64,000 nucleotides of DNA from an uncultured bacterium (GTDB taxonomy: Bacteria; Patescibacteriota; Saccharimonadia; UBA4664): positions 389,916 to 453,915 of the forward strand of contig CAVRET010000001.1 in NCBI GenBank assembly GCA_963720265.1, read 5' to 3'. The notes under the pieces are model-generated. The model did no database searches. It was not told the origin of the DNA and worked only from the letters and a program-made list of their open reading frames with translations. A program made the translations under genes and the position numbers. This document shows positions 9,541-18,224 of this stretch, in pieces. The first letter of the stretch is position 1. Every line of letters starts with the position of its first letter.

Positions 9541-10815
9541 CTAGGCTTCTGGATCGACATAGTAGGTTTCGTCTTTCACCTCATCTGGCAAAAAGCCTTT
9601 GGGGTGTTTGAAATCGGCCTGCCAATGGTAGCCCTTGCCGTAGTCGAGCTCCTTCATAAGCTTGGTGGGGGCATTGCGCAAATGAAGCGGCACCTGAGCG
9701 GCTGGGTGCTCGCGGGCAGCGGCAGAAGCTCGGCCTATAGCATCGGTGGCGGCGCGGCTCTTGGGAGCCCCCGCGAGTGCGATGGTGGTGTGCGCGAGTG
9801 TGAGCCGGCCTTCGGGAAGGCCAATGCGTTCTATGGCCTGAAACGTGGCTACAGCCAGTGCAAGCATGGTGTTATCGGCGAGGCCGATGTCTTCGGAGGC
9901 AAAAATAACCATTCGCCTGGCAATAAATTTGGGATCCTCGCCGCCTTCGAGCATGCGGGCAAGGTAAAACAGAGCAGCGTCGATCTGGCTGCCGCGCATG
10001 GATTTGATATAGGCCGAGATAAGGTTGTAATGGTATTCACCGGTTTTATCATAGGCCGCGGCCGGAGTTTGCATGGCCTGCAGAATGTGCTCCTCGGTAA
10101 TGGCGGAGCTCGCGAGTGCGGCGGCGGCTTCGAGACCACCTAGCGCTACCCGGGCGTCGCCGGCCGACAAGCGGGCGAGACGATCACGAGCTGCCGGCTT
10201 GAGCGTTTTTCCAGGTAGTTCGACCATCGCGCGATCTAATATTTGTGCTAGCTGCTCGGGCATGAGGGCTTCGAGAACGACTACCCGGCTGCGCGATAAT
10301 AACGGCCCGATGACTTCAAACGACGGGTTCTCAGTGGTGGCACCGATGAGAGTGATTGTGCCGTTTTCCATGTGCGGCAAGAACGCATCTTGCTGGGCTT
10401 TGTTAAAGCGGTGGATTTCATCCACGAATAGCACGGTGTTTTGGCCCAGGCGGTGGCGCTCCTTGGCTTGGTCAATGACTTTTTTAACATCGGCTAGGCC
10501 ACTGGTGACGGCCGAGATTTCGGCAAAGGCGGCACCCGAACTAGCCGCAATAATGCGCGCCAGGGTGGTTTTGCCAGTGCCCGGAGGCCCCCATAATATG
10601 AGCGACACCGGTTGGCTGCGTTCAATCATGGTGCGCAAGAACTGGCCTTCGCCCACGATACTGGCCTGGCCGATAAAGTCGGCCAGTGTCTGAGGCCGCA
10701 CCCGGTCGGCTAGCGGACGTGTTTCAGATTGGTCGAACAGATTGGGCATATCATTATTATATGCCTGGTGTTCGGATTGACGAATATGCTCGAAAATGCT
10801 TCTATTGTTGCGCAC
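9541..10815 (-). CDS. rarA: replication-associated recombination protein A (AAA+ ATPase MgsA/RarA family)
   Basis: 424 aa; Walker A GPPGTGKTT, Walker B VLFVDEIHRFNK; MgsA C-terminal helical domains. Confidence 0.9.
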   Translation of the reverse strand: MRNNRSIFEHIRQSEHQAYNNDMPNLFDQSETRPLADRVRPQTLADFIGQASIVGEGQFLRTMIERSQPVSLILWGPPGTGKTTLARIIAASSGAAFAEISAVTSGLADVKKVIDQAKERHRLGQNTVLFVDEIHRFNKAQQDAFLPHMENGTITLIGATTENPSFEVIGPLLSRSRVVVLEALMPEQLAQILDRAMVELPGKTLKPAARDRLARLSAGDARVALGGLEAAAALASSAITEEHILQAMQTPAAAYDKTGEYHYNLISAYIKSMRGSQIDAALFYLARMLEGGEDPKFIARRMVIFASEDIGLADNTMLALAVATFQAIERIGLPEGRLTLAHTTIALAGAPKSRAATDAIGRASAAAREHPAAQVPLHLRNAPTKLMKELDYGKGYHWQADFKHPKGFLPDEVKDETYYVDPEA

Positions 10816-10838
10816 ACCTTCGAGAAAGGCGCTTGGCT

Positions 10839-11375
10839 ATGAACCAAGAAGGCAACCTGGGTAGCGTCCCGCAGATAGTAATGCCGGCGGACGTCACGCC
10901 CGATGTGATCCTGGCCCTGAATTTCATCGCAGCAGCAGTCGTGGATCCGCGCATCCGGCCGTCGTTTCAGGCGAACTGGTTGCTGCTGCTGGGCCAGACG
11001 GATGTCGCGATCAATGAGGGAGACCTGATCATTGCACTTCGGCTGATCATCGAGGCGGCAGGCGGCGAGTCGCCGAATGCAAACACGGTGTACAACTATT
11101 TCGATCGTCAGGTGAGTCTGGCCGGCTTTACCGGCTGCGGCAGAAATACCGGTCTGCTCGTGGCCCGCAGGCTGAAACTGATCGTCCCGGTCAGAGAAAC
11201 GCCCGGCACAGCGGCACTGGTGGTGTGTCACCGGGGCCCCACGGCCAGCTCATACTGGGGCCATGCCGTCCTCCCGGATGGACATGACTGGTACCGGGTG
11301 GTGCGATTGACATCCGATCCGGCCGGTTTTGTCGAGGAGATCAGCGCTTGCGAGGAGCGGCCATACAAGCTCTGA
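10839..11375 (+). CDS. hypothetical protein
   Basis: ORF 10686..11375 overlaps the rarA 3' end; ATG at 10839 preferred; no recognised domain. Confidence 0.45.
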   Translation: MNQEGNLGSVPQIVMPADVTPDVILALNFIAAAVVDPRIRPSFQANWLLLLGQTDVAINEGDLIIALRLIIEAAGGESPNANTVYNYFDRQVSLAGFTGCGRNTGLLVARRLKLIVPVRETPGTAALVVCHRGPTASSYWGHAVLPDGHDWYRVVRLTSDPAGFVEEISACEERPYKL

Positions 11376-11438
11376 ACCGTCGGAGCAAAAGCCCCGTGGC
11401 CGGTTGGCCACGGGGCGCAGTGCGTTTAAGGTCAGAGA

Positions 11439-11774
11439 TTATTGTTTTTCCAGCCGGACAGCCGTGCCGTAGGCGGCGACTTCACTCATGATTTGACCAA
11501 TTTCAGATGTATCAAAGCGCATGGCGAGTACGGCGTTGGCGCCTTTTTCAGCCGCTGCAGCGCGCAACCGCTCGATAGCGTCTTGGCGGGTTTTGCTGAG
11601 CAGCTTGGTGTAACCGCCCACTTCGCCGCCGAAGACGGTGCGGAAATTGGCGCCCATGTTTGAAAAGAGATTGCGCGAGCGCACCACCAGCCCAAATACC
11701 TCGCCGTAGGTTTCGACAATCTTGTAGCCGGGCACGTCATTGGTGGTTACGACCAGGAGTTCCGTGTTACTCAC
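11439..11774 (-). CDS. YbjQ/UPF0145 (DUF74) family protein
   Basis: 111 aa; GEVFGLVVRSRN...GGEVGGYTKLL...ANAVLAMRFDTSEIG...AYGTAV pattern typical of UPF0145. Confidence 0.8.
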   Translation of the reverse strand: MSNTELLVVTTNDVPGYKIVETYGEVFGLVVRSRNLFSNMGANFRTVFGGEVGGYTKLLSKTRQDAIERLRAAAAEKGANAVLAMRFDTSEIGQIMSEVAAYGTAVRLEKQ

Positions 11775-12373
11775 GGCTGTTGCACCTGCGGTGGCTGCGG
11801 GGCGGGATTGCGGCCGGACAGCGCAATCAGCCTGTCCTGATGCGCTGCGTCGTCAGCTACGCGCATGGCCGGCTTCATCATACCGGCGCCGCGCCAGTCG
11901 TCCGCCTGAGGCTCAAACCATTCGTACACAGCCTGGACTAATTCTGGATCAAGTTTTTCCGGTGCCTTAATCGCCCGCGCTAGATCCCAGGCGTGAATAG
12001 TGAGGTCGATAAGCTGATGCTGCAAGTAGGTGCGGGCCGGGATGTCGCCGTAGCTGACGTGTACGATACCGTCGAGAGCGGTGAGACCGGAGGCGGCAGC
12101 TAGCGCCTTGCCTGCGGCATCGGCCCAAGCTGCTCCTGGGTGCTGGCCCAAGATGTCGCCGTCGTATTTCGTGCCGACCTGTTCAATTGTTTTGCCGGCC
12201 AGCAAATCTGGTACCCACAGAATTTCGTATGTCATGTGTTGAACTAGGTCGTACACCGACCAGTCGTCGTTGGGCGTTGGCAAATTCCACTGGACCACCT
12301 GGACTTCGTTTACGTAGCGGCCGAATTCGCCCAACGCTCGGCCCAGCATGATGATTTCTTGTTCCTGATCCAT
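11771..12373 (-). CDS. DinB-like / maleylpyruvate-isomerase N-terminal domain family (TIGR03083/TIGR03086-like) protein
   Basis: 200 aa; 4-bp overlap with the downstream ybjQ-like gene; DinB_2 / MDMPI_N-like helical-bundle motifs. Call made by recognition of the family, not by search. Confidence 0.55.
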   Translation of the reverse strand: MDQEQEIIMLGRALGEFGRYVNEVQVVQWNLPTPNDDWSVYDLVQHMTYEILWVPDLLAGKTIEQVGTKYDGDILGQHPGAAWADAAGKALAAASGLTALDGIVHVSYGDIPARTYLQHQLIDLTIHAWDLARAIKAPEKLDPELVQAVYEWFEPQADDWRGAGMMKPAMRVADDAAHQDRLIALSGRNPAPQPPQVQQP

Positions 12374-12487
12374 AGTGAGCCTCCCGGCGTTACCAACTCA
12401 TTGTCTCACCTCATCTTAGGCAACGCTACCAAAGGCTTCGCCATTTCCATGCCGTATAATGTCCACACGTAATGAAGGGCCAACACT

Positions 12488-12829
12488 ATGAAGTTTCTGA
12501 TTCTTTACCGGTCTCCGAAAAGCGCCGAGACGATTATGCGTGAATCAAGTATGGATCAAATGCAGGCGAGTATGCAGGCGTGGATGGAATGGAAAAACCG
12601 TAATGGGGATGCGGTCGTGGACTTCGGCTCACCGCTGAGGCCGGACAACTACATTGTTGACGGTGAGATTAAAGATAGTGACAGTGACGTGACTGGATTT
12701 ACTATTATTCAGGCTGATACAGCTGATGAGGCGGTGGAGATTCTCAAGGATCATCCGCATTTTAAGACGCCAAACTCCCCGGGTATGGAGCTGTTGGAAT
12801 TCTTGCCAATGCCGGGAATGGAAGCCTAA
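12488..12829 (+). CDS. YciI-like / Dabb-fold small protein
   Basis: 113 aa starting MKFLILYRSP; ferredoxin-like fold pattern; TATAAT box about 30 nt upstream. Confidence 0.5.
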   Translation: MKFLILYRSPKSAETIMRESSMDQMQASMQAWMEWKNRNGDAVVDFGSPLRPDNYIVDGEIKDSDSDVTGFTIIQADTADEAVEILKDHPHFKTPNSPGMELLEFLPMPGMEA

Positions 12830-12869
12830 GACAGGTTTGATAATTGCTTGGGCGGGTGCCCGAGCCCCG

Positions 12870-13295
12870 TCAGTTCGTGGGGCCCGGGCGCATCTGTGTG
12901 AGTAGAGCTCTAAGTAGTTCGCGCTGGCCTTCTTTGTGCGCGAATTGGTATGGCTGCTCGTTTCGCGCTGCCCTCGGGCTGCCGTTCACTGCTATCCAGA
13001 CTTCCCAGAGGCCGCTTTTCGGGCCGATTGGCACTACGCACCGTATTTGGAGCTTTGGCCCCGTTGGGTTGTTCAGTAGCGCTATTCCGAGTGAGCTCCC
13101 AGGCGGCCCGCTTGAGGAAAGCCCGTACCATTGACGACCGTCGATTTCGAAATCCGCGCAGTCATCTTCCCGGTAGCCGTGTTGCTGCAGCATTTCGCAG
13201 AAGTGCAGCGCGGTGAGGCGTTGGATCGGCGGCACGCCAGTTGCATTTACGCGAGTGAGTAGCCGCCTAACAACGCTGTTGATATCCGTGGTCAT
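12870..13295 (-). CDS. hypothetical small protein, paralog set member 1
   Basis: 141 aa; shares the segment ...DFEIDGRQWYGLSSSGP... with the 13448..13864 product (PFEIDGYKYFGVGPG). Confidence 0.5.
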   Translation of the reverse strand: MTTDINSVVRRLLTRVNATGVPPIQRLTALHFCEMLQQHGYREDDCADFEIDGRQWYGLSSSGPPGSSLGIALLNNPTGPKLQIRCVVPIGPKSGLWEVWIAVNGSPRAARNEQPYQFAHKEGQRELLRALLTQMRPGPTN

Positions 13296-13447
13296 GTCAG
13301 TCCTCTCGTGTATCGATACTTGATTGAGTCGTCCACAGATGGTATAATTATATTATAATTACTAAAGATTTGCAATAACATGCGACGGCCGCCCAGGTTA
13401 GCCCGGACGGCCGTTAATCGCGCAGAAATGTGGCGAGGCTTGACCCG

Positions 13448-13864
13448 TTAGGTAAGCAACCCGGCCAGGGGTACTGCGAACACATGTTCGTAGTCATCGT
13501 GGAGCTCGTAGAAGCCGGCTTCGATCCCGTCGCGTGTCACAGCGATCACGCTGATGTCGCTGCGGGCGACCCACGACCCCGCTTCCCGGTCACCTGCCAC
13601 CTCGGCGTGCCACTCGAGTTGGTCGTTTGCGCCGCAGGTGAGGCCGACCCAGCCTCGCTGAAGCCGCCCGGGTCCGACGCCGAAGTACTTGTAGCCGTCG
13701 ATCTCGAAGGGCTGGAGCCAGTCAAACGGCACATCGTGTGCCAGGAGCGCCTGCAGGAGCCCGCCGGCAAATATCCAGTCGGTGGGCGTTAGCTCACGCC
13801 CGAGCGCTTCGCACACGCTCTGCCTGAGCGCCTGCCCTTCTTCGGAAGTCATCCGTGCGTCCAT
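13448..13864 (-). CDS. hypothetical small protein, paralog set member 2
   Basis: ORF 13448..13942; start MDARMTSEE preferred; FEIDG motif shared with the upstream neighbour. Confidence 0.5.
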   Translation of the reverse strand: MDARMTSEEGQALRQSVCEALGRELTPTDWIFAGGLLQALLAHDVPFDWLQPFEIDGYKYFGVGPGRLQRGWVGLTCGANDQLEWHAEVAGDREAGSWVARSDISVIAVTRDGIEAGFYELHDDYEHVFAVPLAGLLT

Positions 13865-13896
13865 TCTCACCTTCCCTGGTCTTGGATACTTCACAT

Positions 13897-14310
13897 TTAT
13901 GAGTCGCCGGGCATGTCGTTGGCCGCCTGGATGAGCCGGCATACGAGGTTTTCTGGTTCGCCGGTCGCTTGTGTGTCCAGCTCGCCGTTGCAGTGGAACT
14001 CGATGCCGCCCCCTTCGCCCACGCGTACGTCCCAGTCCTCACCGCGCTGCGATATGCGGATCTTGATGACCGGTACTCGATCTTTGCCTGTTCCTTCCAG
14101 CACGAGGAGAACATAGCCCTCGCCGCTGCTGTCAGGGACTTCACTCGGATCGTGCAGGTCGACGGTTGTCTGACTCAGCAATGCCTCGAGCTCCCCGATA
14201 ACGTCGAGGCCACGCACGTAGTAGGTGACGAGATCGATCTCCGTCGGGCTCCACTCTCTACCGATGGCGAACATCCCCAGCAGCTGTTCGATTGCGGGTT
14301 GCGCGTCCAC
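13897..14310 (-). CDS. hypothetical small protein
   Basis: 137-aa ORF in tandem with two similar-size genes; no recognised domain. Confidence 0.45.
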   Translation of the reverse strand: MDAQPAIEQLLGMFAIGREWSPTEIDLVTYYVRGLDVIGELEALLSQTTVDLHDPSEVPDSSGEGYVLLVLEGTGKDRVPVIKIRISQRGEDWDVRVGEGGGIEFHCNGELDTQATGEPENLVCRLIQAANDMPGDS

Positions 14311-14440
14311 TTCAACCTTCTTCCCTTGGTGTCGGCTAAAACCGATCTACTTTATACCATTTGGCAGCGTTTTGCGCAATTAGTGCGACCCCGACTACCC
14401 AACCGACTTCGTCGAGGACGAGGGTCTGAATGGTAACGCG

Positions 14441-14719
14441 GTGGTTCGTGGATGGTTGGTTTATTTGTCCTCTGAAGGAAGTTTATACCCCTGGGATTTA
14501 AAGATTGCGTCAAAGCCAAAGATTAGCTGCGACGAGTATTTATCTGCGATCTGCATTACTAAGGCGTCTACAAACGACACCGAGGCCTTCAACGAATTTA
14601 GTCTGACCGCGGCAGCTCGCAAAATTGTGGAGTTAGAGCTTTCAATTGGGAATTTTGAGTCTAGTAACCCTCCCAGAGACCCCTGGGCCTTTAGGCCAGG
14701 GATGAATGGGTCCGCTTAA
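14441..14719 (+). CDS. hypothetical protein (low-GC ORF abutting the IS200 left end)
   Basis: 92-aa ORF; GC clearly lower than surroundings; no homology recognised. Confidence 0.25.
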   Translation: MVRGWLVYLSSEGSLYPWDLKIASKPKISCDEYLSAICITKASTNDTEAFNEFSLTAAARKIVELELSIGNFESSNPPRDPWAFRPGMNGSA

Positions 14720-15250
14720 GGCGGTAGCGCCAAGGCAAAACCGGGTGACGTCCAACCTTGGCGCTGGCGCCGACAGTCTGGCATGCTGGGTATGTGAAGT
14801 CAGGTAAAAAATATTATTCCGGTGCGCATACGCTATATCGCCTGCAATTTCATATCGTCTGGATACCCAAGTACCGCAAAAGCATCCTGCGGGGCGAAGT
14901 CGCCACTGACCTGAAGCGATTATTCTTTCAGTGCGCAGAGATGAACGACTGGTGGATTGAGCGGCTGGCAGTGATGCCCGACCACATTCATATGCTTATT
15001 GAACTACCTCCCAGCATCTCGGTGTCACAGGTAGTACAAATATTCAAAGGTGGCTCAAGTCGGGCTATCCGCCAGACGCATCCTGAACTGGAAGAATGGT
15101 TATGGGGAGATAGCTTCTGGGCGGATGGCTACTTCGCCGAGAGTGTTGGTCGTAACACGGAGCAGGCGATTAAACGGTATATCGAAAATCAATGGAAAGC
15201 TAAACCCAGCATGCCGCCCCAAGGAAGCCTCGGGCTTTAGCCCGAGGTGG
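14712..15250 (+). mobile_element. IS200/IS605-family element (tnpA only) with subterminal hairpins
   Basis: Y1 transposase gene flanked by hairpins: GCGCCAAGG (14727-14735) / CCTTGGCGC (14756-14764), and CCTCGGGC (15228-15235) / GCCCGAGG (15240-15247). Exact ends not determinable from sequence alone. Confidence 0.6.
14758..15240 (+). CDS. tnpA: IS200/IS605 family transposase TnpA (HUH Y1 transposase)
   Basis: LYRLQFHIVWIPKYRKSIL...PDHIHMLIELPP...FKGGSSR...GDSFWADGYFAESVGRNTEQAIKRYIENQ; HxH and catalytic Tyr motifs; the start could instead be the GTG at 14794. Confidence 0.85.
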   Translation: MALAPTVWHAGYVKSGKKYYSGAHTLYRLQFHIVWIPKYRKSILRGEVATDLKRLFFQCAEMNDWWIERLAVMPDHIHMLIELPPSISVSQVVQIFKGGSSRAIRQTHPELEEWLWGDSFWADGYFAESVGRNTEQAIKRYIENQWKAKPSMPPQGSLGL

Positions 15251-15349
15251 TTCACGATCTTGCCCTCTGCCAGGGCCTTAGTGTGAGTACTATCATCGTT
15301 CTTAACGATCGCGATTAGTCCGCTCGAGTCCGCAATGGCATAGCGCATT

Positions 15350-15607
15350 TCATTCCGACTCGCCATACAAATACTTATCGGCGTTCGTGGAGAGATCTTT
15401 TGGCCCACCGCTGATCCCAAGATCGGCCAGCCCGGCAATAGAGCCTTGTTTTTCGCTTTTCGCCGTAAATTCATTCTCGGAAATGAAAACCAACCTAGTG
15501 AACGGTGGCGCTTGTTGCGTCCTATCCCTTGTAATCTCGATGTCAGTTGGTCCTATTTTGCTTCCACCAGTGACCAAATAATTAGATTGGATGACTAACT
15601 TCTCCAT
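15350..15607 (-). CDS. hypothetical protein
   Basis: 85-aa ORF directly downstream of the DUF3467 gene on the same strand. Confidence 0.3.
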   Translation of the reverse strand: MEKLVIQSNYLVTGGSKIGPTDIEITRDRTQQAPPFTRLVFISENEFTAKSEKQGSIAGLADLGISGGPKDLSTNADKYLYGESE

Positions 15608-15882
15608 TAGTCTGGGTCCAATTCATCTGCAGTCGTAACTGCCTGCGTAAGTGCCTCTAAAAATAGCCGCGCGTGCTTGCGCGTCAAAATGACACGACTA
15701 ACGAGTGTCCCTTCGGGCTTGTCGCTTTCATTCGCGAACACGAAATTAAGCACCAATTCCCCCTTTGTGACATTGATGTTGGCAATGTTTGCATATACGC
15801 CGGACCGGAGTTCGTTAGGTACAAGTACTTCTACATCCTTTGGCTGCTTTTCTTCCATGTCACTATTGTACCAGAAGATCAA
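15607..15882 (-). CDS. DUF3467 family protein
   Basis: 91 aa; [25 protein letters not shown]...[16 protein letters not shown] matches the DUF3467 pattern; lies 38 bp downstream of rpsJ. Confidence 0.6.
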   Translation of the reverse strand: MIFWYNSDMEEKQPKDVEVLVPNELRSGVYANIANINVTKGELVLNFVFANESDKPEGTLVSRVILTRKHARLFLEALTQAVTTADELDPD

Positions 15883-15920
15883 AAAACCGCCCTTGCGGGC
15901 GGCTTATTAGCGCGCGGGAA

Positions 15921-16250
15921 TTACATCTTAATTTCGATGTCGACGCCGGCGGGGAGGGAGAGGTTCATGAGGGCGTCGATGGTCTTGGGCGAGGGCTCGG
16001 TGATGTCGATGAGCCGCTTGTGGGTGCGCATTTCGAACTGCTCGCGGGCATCCTTGTAGATGTGCGGGCTGCGCAGGACGGTGGTGACGTTGCGCTCGGT
16101 GGGCAGCGGAATAGGGCCCGCAACATGAGCGCCGGTGCGGGTGGCAGTATCAATTATTTGCTTGGCGGATTGATCAATGACTTTCGAATCGTAGGCCTTA
16201 AGGCGGATTCGGATGCGTTGCTTGTTTTCGGTCTCGGTAGTTGCTGCCAT
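15921..16250 (-). CDS. rpsJ: 30S ribosomal protein S10
   Basis: 109 aa; IRIRLKAYD...LDQSAKQII...GPIPLPT. Confidence 0.96.
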   Translation of the reverse strand: MAATTETENKQRIRIRLKAYDSKVIDQSAKQIIDTATRTGAHVAGPIPLPTERNVTTVLRSPHIYKDAREQFEMRTHKRLIDITEPSPKTIDALMNLSLPAGVDIEIKM

Positions 16251-16312
16251 AGACAGGTGCGTTAGGGTGGTTACCTAAAAACTCCACTTAGTTACTCTTA
16301 GTGCTGGATTTG

Positions 16313-16342
16313 ATTTAAGCATGAGAACCTGGGGTTTGTCAA
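16313..16342 (-). promoter_or_regulatory. candidate sigma70-like promoter for rpsJ
   Basis: On the minus strand: TTGACA (plus 16337-16342), 18 nt, TTAAAT (plus 16313-16318), about 60 nt upstream of the rpsJ ATG. Confidence 0.4.
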
Positions 16343-16436
16343 TCTGACGGTATGAATAAGAGCTTTTTCGGGCGCACCCGGGACCCCGCGCCGTCTGATG
16401 GCGAGGTCCCGGGGCGGTGGTTGCCGAGGTACTGGA

Positions 16437-17372
16437 TCATGTGGTCAAGGCCGGCATGGACCCCAACATGTATGCCAGCAGCCAGTGGCGTTCCGGCTGG
16501 TCGGCGACTCCCCGCGCCACCTTAAACACGAAGGCTGTTGGTGGCACCTCGAGATTTTGCCGACCCACCTTAAGGAGCGGAATCAAGGCGGGCGTAGGCT
16601 GCCTACCCGTGATGAGCAGCGCCGTATACGAAATGCCGTCGACGACCATCGTGCTGTGCGCCTTGAGAAGCGAGTTGGGTAGCCGCATCCAAGGTCTGAG
16701 GTTGTGCGCATACGGCGGAGTCCCCGGCATGCACAGGCCGACGAGGCCGGTTTGGCCTAGTACCTTTGGGGCGGCTTCTACGAGGGCTTGGGGCGACCAG
16801 GCGTGCATGGCGACATCGGGGCGTCCGGGGAACGAGGCGAGCCGGATGCCGCCGACCTCGTGATCGTTTAGGGGTGTTTCGCGCGCTGCCATGGCAAACG
16901 GCAGCAGGTTGAGCGCGGCATGCCTAAATTCCAGCGCGAGAGCGCCGCCCATTTCTGGGTCGTTGAGGGTGGTGTCGTCGGTTGTGACCACGTACGTCAG
17001 CTCGTTTGGCGGCCATGACGGGTTGAGACCGATGAGCGCAGCTCCGAGCCCGAGGTGGAACGTGACGAGTCCGGGGCCCGTGACAACCGCGGTACTGAGC
17101 CGGTCGACTTGCACTTGGACGGCTGAGAATTGCTGTTGATGCCGGTAGGCGTCGGCTATGCTTCCGGCCTGGGCGAAGTCTTCGGTTATCCAGACGGTGG
17201 CCAGTCGCTGGTAGCGGCTGAGTGCCTCTATCTTGCCGCCCATCGCGGCGGCGTAAGCGTTGAGCCACGTCCAGGGCCAGACATGAAACGTGACCGACCT
17301 ATCTCCTACGACTTGGTCAAGCGCGATGGGACCGCCGGGCGGTCCGGTGTCGGGCGCCGCGCGTTGCGACAT
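16437..17372 (-). CDS. hypothetical protein (very high GC, about 65%)
   Basis: 311-aa ORF; no recognised domain; divergent from the proteasome-like gene. Confidence 0.5.
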   Translation of the reverse strand: MSQRAAPDTGPPGGPIALDQVVGDRSVTFHVWPWTWLNAYAAAMGGKIEALSRYQRLATVWITEDFAQAGSIADAYRHQQQFSAVQVQVDRLSTAVVTGPGLVTFHLGLGAALIGLNPSWPPNELTYVVTTDDTTLNDPEMGGALALEFRHAALNLLPFAMAARETPLNDHEVGGIRLASFPGRPDVAMHAWSPQALVEAAPKVLGQTGLVGLCMPGTPPYAHNLRPWMRLPNSLLKAHSTMVVDGISYTALLITGRQPTPALIPLLKVGRQNLEVPPTAFVFKVARGVADQPERHWLLAYMLGSMPALTT

Positions 17373-17432
17373 GACACTTCCCTTCGTAGAACCTCAGTGG
17401 ACAGTATCAGATTAAAGCGGGCTTTTTGGTAT

Positions 17433-18191
17433 ATGTCAATCGATATGGCTGGCGATTGTACCATGACGTCAAGTGATAATGTTGATATAATACTTGCGCC
17501 TAAAGGACGACTCGATACAATGACACTGGCAACAAACATCAAACAGTGTCACGGCGTAACTGTTGCCTCCGATGGTTTGGCAAAAAGGATCAGCGATGAG
17601 ACCGGCGAATTATCATATCTTGATACGCACCCCAAAGCTTTCATCGTCTCAGAGCGCATAATGCTCAGCCGAACCATGGTTTATATGCGCGAGGAGCGAG
17701 CTGATAACATAAATGCGTTCTTGCAGGGCTATTGCGAGGGCAATCCGATGGCTTCAGTTGAAGACGTGGCAAGAAAGGCCGCCCGTGTTACAAAACGCCT
17801 TGTGGATGAGACGAAAGCCGCAGGCGACCGCCAGGCATCAATGCAGCTTCTGATAGCAGGAGTGGGCGTAGATGGCGAAGTTGAAATATACCATATTGAT
17901 GACGAGGCAAACGGCTACAAGGTAACTCTGGTCGAGGGGAACTTCTGCAGCATAGGTAACAACAAACAAGCTGATGATTTTCTCGACCAACGAATAAGGG
18001 ACGTTAGACTGACACCGAAATCGGCTCTTAGGATAATCCAAAGAGCAATGAAAGAATCTGTAACAAAGCAAAGGCTGGACGGCTACCCACAAACTATCGG
18101 CGGCCAAATATTCGCCTGGCATATCAGCAAGTCCGGCATTACCGAAGTACCAACAACGGAGCTGGACGTAATTCCTATCCAATCCGATTAG
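17433..18191 (+). CDS. proteasome beta-subunit-like Ntn-hydrolase (HslV/Anbu-like)
   Basis: About 252 aa from ATG 17433. TLATNIKQCHGVTVASDG resembles the proteasome N-terminal T..GVVLAADT; LLIAGVGVDGEVEIYHIDDEANGY...FCSIGNNKQADDFL resembles the LIAGxD..GPxLYxIDPSG...AIGSG core. GC is about 47%, against about 60% for the backbone. Confidence 0.55.
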   Translation: MSIDMAGDCTMTSSDNVDIILAPKGRLDTMTLATNIKQCHGVTVASDGLAKRISDETGELSYLDTHPKAFIVSERIMLSRTMVYMREERADNINAFLQGYCEGNPMASVEDVARKAARVTKRLVDETKAAGDRQASMQLLIAGVGVDGEVEIYHIDDEANGYKVTLVEGNFCSIGNNKQADDFLDQRIRDVRLTPKSALRIIQRAMKESVTKQRLDGYPQTIGGQIFAWHISKSGITEVPTTELDVIPIQSD

Positions 18192-18224
18192 CCATAGCTC
18201 CAAAACGCTCATTTCTGCGCTATA

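Noticed and set aside
15100-15474. 124-aa minus-strand ORF overlapping the 3' third of IS200 tnpA
   Set aside because: It overlaps a well-supported transposase gene and the right-end hairpin on the opposite strand. It is probably spurious.
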